A stretch of 55,966 nt of DNA, the filler included, from Platydemus manokwari (Eukaryota), in NCBI GenBank assembly GCA_037951405.1. It is 5 parts of 5 records of this genome, joined end to end, with 100 filler letters (N's around TTAATTAATTAA, not from the genome) between each part and the next. Parts side by side here need not be neighbours in the genome. Positions count along the whole stretch, not along the records: positions 32,338 to 42,295 come from JBBMOY011184989.1; positions 42,396 to 55,966 come from JBBMOY011686955.1; 3 more parts are not named here. One strand, given 5' to 3'. Within the stretch, counting starts at the first letter, position 1, and each line of letters starts with the position of its first letter. The notes beneath the pieces were generated by a model. The model saw nothing but the letters and a program-made list of their open reading frames with translations. It did no database searches and was not told the origin of the DNA. The position numbers were made by a program, and so were the translations under genes. Below, piece after piece: positions 35,250 to 47,275 of this stretch.

Positions 35250-35890
35250 TATAAAATCAAACTCAACTGCCTATTTTCTAAACCGAATTCAATGTTAACC
35301 AATTTTTTTATTGAATTAAATATTGTAATAACGATTGCATTCGTTTATTAGAAAATCCATATCGATAATCCATTCGACATTTACTACAGATTAATAATTG
35401 TATTGATTTGAAATTAATAAGAAATTTTATAAAGTCAGTTTTTCATTCGCTAAGAGTAAATCTGATTGCATTAATTCTGAATCGTATCGGTAAGGCTGCT
35501 ACCGGTTATGTGCTGACAATTCAATCCATTAAAAAATATAAACCGAAATTTAAAAATAATATAAACCATGTGAATCGAAATCAATATCAAAAAACATAAA
35601 ATAAATTATAACCATGGTATTTGAATGAAAACTGATCCAATAGTTTTACACAAATAATATTTACAAAATTATCAAATAAGGAGCAATCAACAGACGCAAA
35701 ACTTTCAGCATTCATAAAACGAAACAAATAAGTTGATATTTTCTCATTATTTTTGTCGGTCGATAAGTTTATTTCGCCGCTATTGTTCGCATCGATGAAA
35801 AACAAGATTCGTATGATGAATATTTATTAGTCCACAATTAATTAAATTTATTGTTGTAACTGGTTTAGCTTCGTCAACGTTATTTGTGAT
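35250..35890 (+). pseudogene. Possible decayed Ig-domain (FGFR/FGFRL-like) coding remnant
   Basis: KIKLNCLFSKP (B-strand Cys), NRIGKAATGYVLTI (F/G strands), KPKF, QDSYDEYLLVHN (DSGxY-like). Broken frames. Confidence 0.25.
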
Positions 35891-36067
35891 AAAATGAAAA
35901 ATATCGACTTGATAGCATAGTAAATACATTTCGATTATACGAAACACTTTGTTAGATATTTAAAATTTATATATGATAAGATTATTTCGATATCAGCGTC
36001 AAAATATGGATTTATTATAAATAAATCGATTTTTAAGTTGAAATATTCAAAAATCGATGAAAATATT

Positions 36068-36526
36068 TGTAAGTAGATCTATTTTAAAAACCACACATTC
36101 AAAACGAACTGAAAAGTCACGACAACAAATTAATATAATTTTATATAAAATCGAATCTTTAAAAACTTAATTTAATTAAGAAAATCTTAAATCTCTCTTT
36201 CTTTAAAATCTTTAATTTTCTTTCTATTATTAAAATGACATTGTTTCGAAGACTCTACATATTTATCTACATAACAGCTCTAATTCCTCTGTCTTTTTCT
36301 ATCTTCTCTAAATCTTCTTTATATATATTCTCTCTCAACATCTTCTTCCTTCTTTTCTATAATTTACAGTCATTGATCTTCTCAGAATCGAATCCAGATG
36401 CTTGGTTGTCATGTAAGCCGCTACTATTTTAAAATCACACATTTAAAACGAGCTAACACCAAATTATATATCTAAATTCAATTTTAAACCAAATTTTATA
36501 TAAAATTAAATTTTAAAATTCTCACC
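36068..36526. mobile_element. Solo LTR, family B
   Basis: TGTAA...CTCAC(C) ends flanked by direct repeat ATATT (36063-36067 / 36527-36531). TATA-like TATATATAAAG on the minus strand. The terminal motif is duplicated internally at ~36411. Confidence 0.7.
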
Positions 36527-38559
36527 ATATTTGTTCATTAAAAATAAAATATTGTGCTCTCTGCCGATAATATATGGCACACATAATACTTCACGAACAA
36601 GAATTTTGTGATATCTAAGGTTTATGACAAGCTTAATTAAAATATGCACAATGAAGCCCGGTTAATTTCACATATTGGAACAAATGATATGATATTAAAA
36701 GTCTTATATAAACATTCATCAGTAGTATACTTCGAAATAGCATGCACAAACCCGATAGTTAATAGCTAACCAGGTAAAATAATCGTAGGAAATTACTTCC
36801 TATAACGAATGTAAAAAACGACTGCTCGAAACCTTACAAAAATACTTACCAGGTGAATTAATTCAAAAAGTCTGGGTTGACATTCAAATATCAATACATT
36901 TATGTGTAAAAGATCCATCAAATTTTAAAAAAAGAACCCAAGTAATTCAAGGATAAAGATTGCTGACTACGAATTCACATGAAGAAGTTTATAGAGGTTA
37001 AGAATTGTCCATTAATTATCTATATCGATGGTTTAAAGCTTACAAATTTCAACATAGAATCAAAAATTCCAGTATTCGCATGGAATTTTGACAAAACACA
37101 TCGTAAAAATATTCTGAAAAGGAATGAAAATATATTAACATAAATCAATACTATCTGCAAATGTAAACTCGACAATGGCGAGGAATTCCAATGTCACTTG
37201 TATGAAAAAATATAAATAATTGTAAGAATATTACGATCAATATTAAAAGTACGAATAGCTCGAAAAAATGTTCGAATAAAAATATAAAATAAATGGGATT
37301 TCATTTGTTATGCAGTGATGATATTCAATATCCAATAAATAATAACGAATGTTTCCATCGGTCCTAAATGAATTACAACCCAAAAATACTTTGTTTAAAT
37401 TACATTGGGACAATGGAAGCCGGTAATATAAATTTTACCATTTGTTAGAAATTATTAGTTGATCTAATCCCAATTATTAAATTGCTTATAGCTGTCGTTT
37501 AACAAGCGTAGGTCTGTATATTTGAATAAAGATTGAGCCCATAGTGTTGATAGGAGGTGCTAAATGGTAGAATCACATTATAGGTCAAAAGAAAAAATAA
37601 AGTGTTTTCACAATTTGCTTTATATTCAGCTCAATGTCAGGTCGTAACGACAACACATCATTTGTTAGGTTTCTTTAAAATGTTTCCTGTTTAAAGATCA
37701 AAATAATTTATTGTACTGATTTACCGTGATTTTACACAGTACGTGATGTCAACCAAAAATCTGAAGAATTTTAAAACCTTCTCAGTCGGCTAGAGATCTA
37801 GTGGCACATCACTAGATTAAAGAGAAATTCTTTCATTTTCTCCCCGAAAAACAAATACATAAAATATGTCATTAACGTTTGATCACATCCATATATTTCG
37901 TGTAATCCCATACCAATATCCTCGACATAATTAGTCGACAAATATTTAATAAAGGATCAAAACTTGAAAAATAAATACCCGCCAATGTTTATGGGATATT
38001 TTTCATAGAAATTGTTTACTTCCCTGTTAAAGCAGCACCATATCCTGGGTGAAAATATTAAATTCGCAAATTCATTTGATGAAGCCGACTATTTGAATGA
38101 AAATTTTTCGGTGAAGAAATATATTATTTTGATTTGAGAACGATTCGAATTAAAATTCTTTAAAAGGGAAAATGAATGTTTTTACATTGATAAAATTTGG
38201 CAACGCTCGACATTAATTCGAAAATATTGTCTATTTGTTCTACAATGTTGTTTATGCCAAATACTTTCGAAAAGTCATTGAAAAATTAAACAAAACTAAT
38301 CCATTTGTTTTTCGTTTGATTCTCACATCCTGAAATCCGGAATGATCGATGAGTTGTACAATTTGGATTTTTCTGATACACAGGATGTGTGATTAATAGC
38401 TCGATAAGTTCATAGAAATAATGATAATATTGTTGTTAGTTGATACAATTTCATAAGATACTAATTCAATACCAACTTAAGAACTTCAACCCACAAAAGA
38501 ATTTTAATGAAAATTATCAAATAAATTAAAATAGAATTTTATTTTTTAAAGTATCAATG

Positions 38560-38850
38560 TATTCTCCTTTTAAACTGGTCATTGAAAAATTTCTTTAAAA
38601 TCTTTGATTTTCTTTACATATGTTATCAAATTCTTTATTTATTTACCATACAGATTTATTTTATTATCTGAATCAATTCTATATTTATATTTATCTACTT
38701 AAATATCGCTATTTATTTTCTTTATCTTTTATCTTGTGTATATTTTCGATTTTCTATATCTTCACTATCATCTCTTCTTTACTTTTCTGCCATTGATCTT
38801 TTCCTAATCGAATAAAAATGAGTGAGTGATACGATATCGTATTTCATACA
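38560..38850. repeat. Diverged family B LTR fragment
   Basis: Pyrimidine-rich tract followed by CATTGATCTT..AATCGAAT, as at ~36370-36395. Confidence 0.4.
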
Positions 38851-40288
38851 GTATGAATAGAAGAACTTCAATTCAGAAAAGTATATTTATTTAGAATGTT
38901 CTAGCAAATTTGTTTGAAGATATATTTCCTATTTCATTAAGGATCTTCTAATTATATCCTCGAAATCACCTCAAATAACAATATTTCATATCATATTTTC
39001 TTGAAAATATTGATATTTATCAACTAGATTTTCTCCGCCAATCAAAATTCTTACTGGTGATCTTGAAAAACAAACATCAATTCCCGAACTCACTGTCCAT
39101 AGTCTGAAGTCACTTCAAAGAAATAATTTATACATCGAACTAAAATTTATTATTTAAAACTTATTTTGTCCAGCCACATTATTTATTGGAGATAATGTGG
39201 CATCATGATATTAATGAAAGGCTTATAATGGTTCGCTAATCGAACCGTAATTATCACAATTATCAGTATGGAATAAAACGAAAAATTCAAACCAGTACAA
39301 CCATTTAGTGCTAGGCTAACTATTTAATGGTATTTCTGTTCTAAATTAGTCCACCAATAATTTAATATAAAAAAATATAATTTTCATCTTGATTTCATGT
39401 TATTATTTCAAAACACTATTGGGAATCTATGAAAACAATACTGAAATGAAAATATTTAGAAAATACAAACGTCTTTTATATAAAAAAAACATTTGTTTAA
39501 CATTTCCTCAAGGACACTTGAACGCTTTCAGAGTTCCGGCAAAACCTGATCGATATTTATTATTTGGTTTGTAGAAAGGACTCTTAAAATCATAAACTGA
39601 AAATCGTGGACTGGATTTTTCAATTGCTAATGACTGTTGAAAGGATTAAATGATGCTTGGAAAAACTTTTGATTGTTGCAGACAATCAGTTATTGTTTTA
39701 ATCTTCAGAAATTATTTTTTCATATTGATCATGGAATAATGACCTACAACTTTCCGTTTTGATTTGAATATCATTTTTCAGCGATGGTTTTTCACTGGAA
39801 AATTATATTAACAAAATTTTATTAACTCAATTCTCGTGCATGTGTGTTTTTATTTAATTTATTATCAATGTGTTCTCGGTTTGCCATGATACAGTAATGA
39901 TTAATAATTTATGAAGTGAATAGAAGAGTAATAACCGCGGAAACTCGGAACACTTTCGATTAAGAATATTAACTGCTTCTATGTCATTCAATACGAATTG
40001 AAAATGATTTAAGAAATTCAACCTAAAATGTTTATTTAATAAAAATATATTCAAGAAAAATATTTAAAGTTTTTTTTCATCACATATTTAAAGGCAGAGG
40101 TAAACACTCAAGGTAGAGGATGAAGATTGGAAAATTATTTCAACATTACCATGGAATAAATACTGCAATTTATTCATGATAAGTATTGATCTAAATATTA
40201 TGAGCTTTCCAGAGTAAATTGCCAAATGGAATTATACCTAGTGTCGGGTCTAGATTCTTGACTCCAAGAATTGATGGTTATATTTTTA

Positions 40289-40644
40289 TGTTATGTACTA
40301 ATCAGTAAGACTCACAAAGTAACACAAAAATACAACCAAACCTGGCTATCAACTGACACACGTACTAATCAGTACGTCTTTAAAAATCAATGCAATGTCC
40401 CCAAAAGCGTAACCAAAACTTGACTTTCAACTGACAGTTGGCTATCTTTATATCGGTATTTATACTCGAGATCTCTGGGTAATCTTTTGGTGTCATTTTT
40501 GATTTGATCTTTACTTGTTCATGTTTCTAATGGGTTTATTAGTTTATGTATGTGTGGTATTGATCAGTCCTTATATGTGTGTTGCGTGGCTATGTCGCTT
40601 TTTTCAATTATCGATTTCTATTTGTATGGTTGTGTATGTTAATA
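40289..40644. mobile_element. Probable solo LTR, family C
   Basis: TGTTA...TAATA (degenerate TAACA) ends with TTTA on both flanks; duplicated motifs GTACTAATCAGTA, CAACTGACA and TGGCTATC. Confidence 0.55.
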
Positions 40645-40799
40645 TTTAAAGTGCTAAAACGAGGGTCCCAAGGTGCAAATCGGTTTTAAACACAATCATA
40701 ATTAACGGTGTTGGCGAAATAGTCATAAAATAATTATCGATTAATAAATTATAATATTATCAACTAATCACGTTAAACAATATCAATATTTATTTACAC

Positions 40800-41990
40800 G
40801 TTCCTCCAAAACTGACAAATCAATCTATAAAATTCCACTCCATATTTGAATCAATCTCCATTGAATTTTTTATGAATAAATTTTCAATTATTTTATCAGA
40901 TCCATATTCGCAGAAATTATATAATTAAAATTGAAAGTTTTGTTGGCATTTTCAACTCACTGAAGTGGAACTAAATCATCTATACGGACCGGTGAGTTAT
41001 CGAATGATTTGTTTTTACTTCACACAACAGTTGTGTCTTTTGGAAAATTTTGAATGATCTATAATTCAACTGTTGAGTCTCGTTCAATAATGGTTGACAA
41101 AGCAAATGTTGTCCTTATTAGATTAGAAATGCACTTTTGAATTAATAAATTATTGATGAAATCTGGCCACTGGGTAGATATTTGGAAATAGATTTAATTC
41201 GTTAAATATAGTTAAGAGAAAGCCAAATCCCGGTAATTAACGTCTTGCATCCTATGTATCTAATATACAAAAAACTATATTAACCACTACCATTTTAAAT
41301 GGTAATTTATATGTTATCTGCCTCTAAAACTCTTACATCACCCATTCTTTAAAATATATGATTTTTTTTTCACATGCTTTGTCACTGAATTTTCCATTTT
41401 TTGTTACAGTCTCCGAAATTCTATTTCCAATATTATTTCTATCGAATTATCTGGTTATTTATTTATATATAAATCTGAATTCATTCTTTGTACCTTCTCT
41501 CGTTTCTATAGTCTCTTCTATACCGTTCTGACACTGATGAGTTCAGAATCGAATACAACTGCGTGGTAGTCACATTATACTTCAACCTGTTTATTGAAAA
41601 TAGAGAATATTTTCAAATAAAATAACACAAATGGTGATTAATTTAAAATTAATAAAAATGCTATCGAATAACTTTTAAAAGAGCTCGATTTCAGATAATT
41701 TTTAAAATCTCACACCTACAGATTTGCCACACACAGTATAGTTGAGAAATGGATATCGGCAATGTCTTAATTTCTCCAATCTACTGGTCTAATACAATTA
41801 ATCATTTCTGTCAACAATATTCGATTCTTTTTCCCGAAACGATTTATTTAAATAATTTGTTCGCTAAAATCAAAATGTGAAAATTAATCCCCACAGTCTT
41901 GGCGTTATCGACGAAATTCAATTTGTACGATTTAAGCACATAATTATTGGATTATTGCTTGGTCACACGAAAGTCATATCTATTTTCAAA
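40800..41990 (-). pseudogene. Possible decayed multi-Ig-domain gene remnant, interrupted by an LTR
   Basis: Minus strand ILCVAN (~41722), KCISN, ERDSTVEL*..FPKDTTVV*SKN and NLFIKNSMEIDS resemble I-set Ig strand patterns. Confidence 0.3.
41275..41716. repeat. Diverged family B LTR copy
   Basis: CCACTACCATTTTAAA start, CAGAATCGAAT..GCGTGGTAGTCA core and TTTTAAAATCTCACA end. Confidence 0.5.
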
Positions 41991-42261
41991 TGACAGATTT
42001 CATTGAATTAGGAATAAGGTAAAATTGTCAGGAAATTATTGCATATATACTGTACTGTTTTCAAGAAATGAAAAAGACTAAGAGCTAGGAAGAATAGCTG
42101 TTAAAAACAGGAATCCACTCCATTCAAAGGGTGAATAATTATGAATAATAATAAATCTCCTCTCAATATAATAAAGCTTTTTAATAAAGTTTATCAATTT
42201 TGATGAATTTTAATTAAATTATTGAGGTAGCTGAAAATATTTTTAAAAAGTTGTTTATTAC

Positions 42262-42289
42262 CACACACACACGCACACACACACACACA
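42262..42289. repeat. (CA)n microsatellite at contig end
   Basis: About 14 CA units with one CG interruption. Confidence 0.9.
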
Positions 42290-42295
42290 TTTATA

Positions 42296-42395
42296 NNNNN
42301 NNNNNNNNNNNNNNNNNNNNNNNNNNNNNNNNNNNNNNNTTAATTAATTAANNNNNNNNNNNNNNNNNNNNNNNNNNNNNNNNNNNNNNNNNNNN
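42296..42395. other. Assembly spacer N44-TTAATTAATTAA-N44
   Basis: Same artificial linker. Confidence 0.97.
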
Positions 42396-43259
42396 ATTTA
42401 TCGTGGCAGAGAGAAATTCTCTGAAATTAATTCCACTAAGGCAGAGAGAATTTCTCTGCGAATATTAATGCAAGGTAATTTATTTTATTTAATGCATGGC
42501 TATTATACTGCAACGTAAATAAAGCTACGCTATGGTAAAAATATTTATTTGGTTAAGCGCAAGATTAAAAATTGCTAATAAATGAGGGAACGATGAAGTA
42601 TTAACTTGGAAATTCATTAATTTATACCAAGAATACCCGGTAGAATGAGATAATAAATGTTTCTTAATAGCTCAAACATTTAGATTAAAGAAAAAAAGCT
42701 AAGGGAGACACATATTCTTGAAATAATAATCTACCAACTAGATAAACTAATTAGGAGAAATCAGCAAGTAAATAATGTAGAACTTTGGAAACTCGAAGAA
42801 AGAGAGAGACGCAAAGTAAGGTACATCATTAAACATAAATTTGAAGAGAAAATAGGAAACTTTGAATTAATAGTATATGGTAACACAAGGGAAAAGCTAA
42901 CAACATCAGTGCAAGTTCCAAAAAAAGTTAATAATATTGAACAAGTCCGAAGAATTAAATAAAATTAGCGGAAAATTTAAAATGATCCAAGGTAATAAAA
43001 GAATGTTAGGATGGGCATTTATAAGTGAATATTACTCTGGCAAAAATAATAAACCGATAACAATAGGGGATATATCAAATATCGTAAAGAGTAAGAATAA
43101 TGAAAATAAAGAATTTATTATGATGAAAAGAGAAATAACTGGAATAAATCAACTAACATTAACATCAACAACAATAGAATTACAATGGGGAAATAGAAGA
43201 ATTGCAGCAAGAGAAAAGGCTAAAATAGAAATTAAAATGTTTGACAAATATGATCTTTT

Positions 43260-43760
43260 TTAAGTTCATCGTCTTCTGAACGAGAATAACGGTCTATATT
43301 ACCAGATTTCAAAAGATATTGGATACGTTTCAATACATAAGTTTGATCATTAAATAATTTGACTTCTGCATTGTAACTTTATCCAAATTCCCGATTTAAT
43401 CTAGGAGAAGAAGCAGGTCAGGTGGAAAATCTCTAAGTTTTCTGGATGATGAATTCGATTATTAACAATCCGCCCCTTAGTAATTATTTTCTTTTTAGTA
43501 ATGATAATGATCTCTAACATTTCCTATTTCTTCCTCAAATATATTTTTTTTAATAAATCTTGGAAATAATCTCATCTTCATCAGGCTTATCCTTTTCAAA
43601 TTTAAATTTTTTGGAATCCGTCGTTATTATTTACAAGCCATTTATAAATTCTTTGACACCATTTTTCCTTGAGATAATTTATTTGTATTCTTCATTAAAT
43701 TTGTATGTTCTATCTCTTCCTATTTTAGAATTTTTTTGGCTTTTTATAAAATTTTTAATA
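43260..43760 (-). mobile_element. Polinton/Maverick-like polB-associated endonuclease-VII/Zn-domain remnant
   Basis: IFEEEIGNVRDHYHY*KENNY*GADC**SN corresponds to VRDHCHxTGxYRGAACxxCN; preceded by GVKEFINGL. Confidence 0.55.
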
Positions 43761-44159
43761 TAATGTATAATATATAATAATTAATATAAACATAATGAGC
43801 TTTTAGTTTTCTTAATTTTTGTCACCTTAATGATTTTCATATTTATGAATTACTGGATAATGAGTTTCCTCCCTATAAGTTGTGGTGTTAAATCTAAATT
43901 TAATTCAAATACTGAAATCGGGATACTTAATAATGAAATTGAAAAATTTATATTGATGATAGGCGAAAACAACGAGGTCTCTCGATAACAGAGGGTATCA
44001 AATTACCACTATCACTTGGAATAAAAATATGGTCACCAAAATTTGTGTCAAAAAACCACACGATCAATGGCGAAATAATGATGCAAAATATTCAATTTCG
44101 ATTTATTTCAGCAAGTACTGTTCCAGAAGTTTTAAATTGGAGAAGACCGCGTTATTGAG

Positions 44160-44680
44160 TCAAAAGCCCGGTAGCAGAAATATTAAGAAATGATAATAAT
44201 TAAGAAAAACAAAGTATTTTTAAATATAGATAGTTTTAAAAGATGAAAAGCACAAAATAATAAAAGATATTTTAAAAGATTAATGAGAGATTGACATAAT
44301 ATTACAAAGGAAATGACGAAAATATTTTGGGAAAAGGAAAATTGAAAAATTAAAAGGATCGTCTTTGGCTGATTGAAAATAACAAATGGAGATGTATCGT
44401 ACTGATAGAGAAGTAAATGGATGTAGTTCGAAAATACCATAAAATTCTAGAATAATAGGAAATAGAATGAGTTTATTATGCCATCATGGTAGAATATTAT
44501 TGGCTATCAATGGAACTGGATGCCATTTGGAAATTGTAGGTCATGTCAACATGGGAAGATAATGAATGGATGCATTAAATCACCATATCAGACTATTATA
44601 GCTAGCTAATCATTTGAAATGCTTGGAATCGACATAACCAGACCATTCAATACAATGCAAAAAGGATTAAGTTCAAGTGT
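44160..44680 (+). mobile_element. Ty3/Gypsy integrase remnant (Zn finger and core start)
   Basis: YYWLSMELDA..CRSCQ and KSPYQTIIAS*SFEMLGIDITRPF. Confidence 0.75.
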
Positions 44681-47275
44681 TACGAATACGAACGACTCGG
44701 GTGTAATGATCAATGCGAATTATCATTTATCCACCCTACTTGAACAAGTAGCATGAATTAGAAATGAAACTGCAATTAGGAATCTTATTATTTTGATAAC
44801 ATTTGCCATCATCGCATTGTTGGGTGTTTGACAAAAACCAAAAAATGAAGTTATTATAAAGATAGCTTTTATGTGTTTCCATGGATTCAGTACATCATAA
44901 CATTAAAATATTTAAAAAAATTCCTATTACAAGAAAATAAATTTCGTTTCTATATTATATAACAAATTTTTTTCTGTTTCCATGGTTTCACTAAATACTA
45001 GCAGAGTATCAAAACAATGAATTAAAACCAAAAAATTGTTTAATTTCACTCATATTTCATATTGGAAAATAAAGCTTAAAATTTATAAATGCATCAAATT
45101 GTGATACTTGTATTGATTTTTCATCAACAAAATCATTAAATCATTTTAATTTTAATATTTTATCACAGCACATTCACAATTGTTGCACAATATTGAATCG
45201 ATATCATATCGTTAAACATATTTTATAATAAATGTCAACAATTGTGTCATAATCACACATAATCAATGAAATAAACTTTCCTTCATCAAAACGATCAACA
45301 ACAATTATTAGTTGAATCCAAAGATATTCTGCGACACCAGTTCAAATCCATATTTTCATCCATTTCCGATTTTATGATTGTCGCACTTAAACCCTACTTA
45401 TTCATTAAAGTATTTTAGATAGACATAATCCCTGTCCAGTAATCACCTTAAAATATAATTCCCCGATTTCCACGTTGTAGTTGCTCTAACAAAGCAACCC
45501 CAAAATTTCTGGAATTACCGAGAATAAAATCAGTAGCGTCCTGAAAAGTTGCTTATTCATTTTATTTGTTTATTTTATTGTGTAATAATGTATTTTTATA
45601 TCTCGAATTTGGTTTAGTTATATGTTTGATCATATCTACTGGTAAATTTTACTTGTTAATATAAATTAATATCGTCATTATATATAGTTGCATATACGAT
45701 CATCATCATCGCCTTAATTTTTAGTAATTGTGGTAAAATCAGTAATTGCCGTTATTTATTAAAAACATTATTTTATTGGCATTGTATTGATTTGTGTCCA
45801 CAGTGAGAAGTGATTTTAAATTATATGAAAAAATAAGAACAACTCACGACTTCATAAAATATACTATTAATGCTGTTCTCACAGTTGTTACAAAGGTGAT
45901 GGAATGCGACGCTAATATAAAACACAAAATAGGTCTTGTTACACCCAAGACTTTAATACATAGAGCCACGAGAGACTGTTTGAACCCTTAAATATAAAAA
46001 ATCATCAGACCTGAACGCGACATATTAATATGCCATTGTGATAATTTTTAAAAAAAAAACCATTTTGAACAAATATTTCGTCATTATTTAGGACATACTT
46101 CACATTATTTTACTCACTATTTTACTCAGATTTAAAATTATGTTTTGTCAATTAATTCATCACCACAATCACCATTAATTATTCATATCAAACGTGATCA
46201 TTTTTATAAACTTATCAAGTCCACTTTAATCGATAAAAAGTGCAATCTAATTAATTGATGATCGATGAAGCAAAATGATAAAATAAGTTGACTGAAAGGT
46301 TTTGATTGTATAATTTTATTATTGATTTTGTTGTTTTTAGTCATGATAATGAAGTTTTAGTACTCAAGGTGTCTTGCTGATAAGCAAAGAGACCGTGAAA
46401 GATTATTATATGGCTAGTTAACTCTAGTTATATTATTTATGCCCCATGTATTTCAATTGCGTTATCTTCATATTTAAATCACTATACTTTTATATGACAA
46501 TCAAAAAAATCTGAAAATTAAGTCCCAAAACTAGTGAAATATTGATATTATATCGATTAAAATTATAAATCGATAATTATATTGACAAATAAAACCAAAT
46601 TTTTTGATTTATTATTCGCTCAAAATAATTCGAAACCTTACTTAAATATCAATATTTTATAATGTTTTAATTTATCGATTTTCAATTTTGTTTATTTTAC
46701 AATCAATATCGATATTTAAATTTATGTTAGCCTTTTGACATTTTAACCTTATAATTAATATTTTAATAAATTAGACTTTTATTTTAAGTTGGTCTCAGCT
46801 TAGAATTTCGCTGAACTTTGATCCTGAACTTATTAAGGCCCATCAATAACCACGAAATCGTTGAAATCAATCTGTGGCTGAGTAATAAACATCAAATTTA
46901 TTGCAAACTGAATAGATAGTCACCAAATCGACAAGATAAATATGGATATTTATCAAAGGCCCGATTATAAATATCGTTCAAAGAGAAGATATTCAATCAA
47001 GCTCGAAGTATATGTATTCGAAAAATGGTAACTCGGCAGCTGATTTCGAGAACTCCACTAATATTGGCACATGACAAATTATTAATCAAATTAAATCAAT
47101 AAAATAAGTTCGATTAACTCTGTTGAATCAGAACGAAATCGGTGTGAATAAAGAATTATATTTTTCAACAAATAGATTTTATTATTTTATGAAAAATGGT
47201 TTGTAAAATCGTTTTGATGTAGCAGAGTGTAGAAAATCAATGAATGACAGAAACAATGAATGAATGAACAAATAT

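Noticed and set aside
41530-41560. CTGATGA..GAA as a hammerhead ribozyme core (also 19930 and ~13770 on minus)
   Set aside because: No convincing stem II/GAAA and stem III/NUH arrangement could be built by eye.
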